Part shown: positions 63,215 to 64,000 of the stretch, piece after piece
Position numbering within the stretch: the stretch's first letter is position 1
Layout: each line of letters opens with the position of its first letter
Virus record (IMG/VR): IMGVR_UViG_3300029305_002725
Coordinates: 1 to 64,000 of that record
Direction: 5' to 3' (one strand)
DNA from: a virus
Lineage: Duplodnaviria; Caudoviricetes
Length of the DNA: 64,000 nt
Notes under the pieces: generated by a model
Databases searched by the model: none
What the model saw: the letters and a program-made list of their open reading frames with translations, nothing else
Told to the model about the DNA's origin: nothing
Made by a program: the position numbers and the translations under genes

Positions 63215-64000
63215 ATGAAGAATCTAATGAATTTTGATGCTACCGTTCGTGCAGCTTTTGAAAACGATGAAAGCAAGCTAATGGCTTTTAGCAAGCTAAT
63301 GATTGACGCTAAGAATGGTGTATTTGAGGCTGGTATCACTGCTAAGGATGCAAGCGATAAGATTGTCTCTATTTTCCGTAATGCTCTTGGTCTAAGCGAG
63401 AATGCTAATAAGGCAGAAGTCCGTAAGGCTATTCGTAGAAACCAGAATGTTCTATTTGCTCTATCTGAGGATCTAATTGAGGATATGCTAGTTACTGGTT
63501 GGCAGGAGAACCCCTTCTTCATGGAATATGTTGATGTTAGAAACCTAGCTCTAGGCGATGAGAACATCTTTACTATGGAAGACGATTCTCTACTAAGTGT
63601 TAGCCGCGTTGCAGATGGTCATTGGAATATTGATCGTCAGAGACTAGGCAAGGGTCGTTCTTTCAGCGTGGAGACTGCTACTTATGGTATTGGTATCTAC
63701 AGCGAGTATGAGAGACTACTAACTAATGCTGAAGACTTTGCCACTTTCGTAACTAAGATTTATGAGGCTATTGACCGTTTTGTTAACGAGTCTATTTATC
63801 AGGCATTCAAGTCCGCTGCTGAGCAGCTACCTGGTGGTGCTTCTGGCGCAGGTCAGTGGGTTAAGACTTCCGACCTATCCGCTACTACTAAGGACGCTTT
63901 CATTCAGCTAATCGAAGATGTTCAGATGGCCACCGGTAAGGAAGTTGTCATCATGGGTACTAAGGTTGCTCTAAGCAAGCTAGAAAAGATTCAGGACATC
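63215..64000 (+). CDS. Major capsid protein (truncated by window end, absent from the ORF track)
   Basis: Open frame MKNLMNFDATV..FFMEYVDVRNLALGDEN..GHWNIDRQRL; position in the head module. Confidence 0.85.
   Translation, partial: MKNLMNFDATVRAAFENDESKLMAFSKLMIDAKNGVFEAGITAKDASDKIVSIFRNALGLSENANKAEVRKAIRRNQNVLFALSEDLIEDMLVTGWQENPFFMEYVDVRNLALGDENIFTMEDDSLLSVSRVADGHWNIDRQRLGKGRSFSVETATYGIGIYSEYERLLTNAEDFATFVTKIYEAIDRFVNESIYQAFKSAAEQLPGGASGAGQWVKTSDLSATTKDAFIQLIEDVQMATGKEVVIMGTKVALSKLEKIQDI

Noticed and set aside
1-64000. Stop-codon reassignment
   Set aside because: Long genes (RNAP, terminase, helicase) are intact in the standard code and no suppressor tRNA is present in the window.

Overview
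This window is a 64 kb segment of a large AT-rich Firmicutes phage with SPbeta-like organisation (Clostridia-type host by inference). The left 41 kb is transcribed leftward. It holds many small accessory ORFs, a reverse transcriptase (RT) locus, a XerC-like recombinase next to an MrpR(YopR)-like repressor, SSB/AAA/DnaB-like replication genes, a Tpt1/KptA phosphotransferase and a cluster of 7 tRNAs. After a 1.4 kb non-coding divergence region, the right arm carries small ORFs, a YonO-like single-subunit RNA polymerase, HU, terminase, portal, protease/scaffold, decoration protein and a truncated major capsid gene. The most striking element is a stand-alone RT (23012-24271) followed by five tandem ~145-175 nt structured non-coding units, with two more units after two partner ORFs. 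Each unit has a conserved, co-varying pseudoknot-like scaffold around a unique long hairpin. It does not fit a DGR, group II intron, CRISPR array or classical single-ncRNA retron. The second highlight is a circularly permuted tRNA-like domain (222-325) embedded in a >750 nt structured RNA next to the tRNA cluster. Also present: a 17-copy oriented 14-bp motif, AAAA-N6-TTTT sites at gene junctions that recur in the same order at two loci, a tRNA-Ile(UAU), and extreme CTA-Leu codon bias in head genes. All calls come from reading the sequence by eye; no searches were run.
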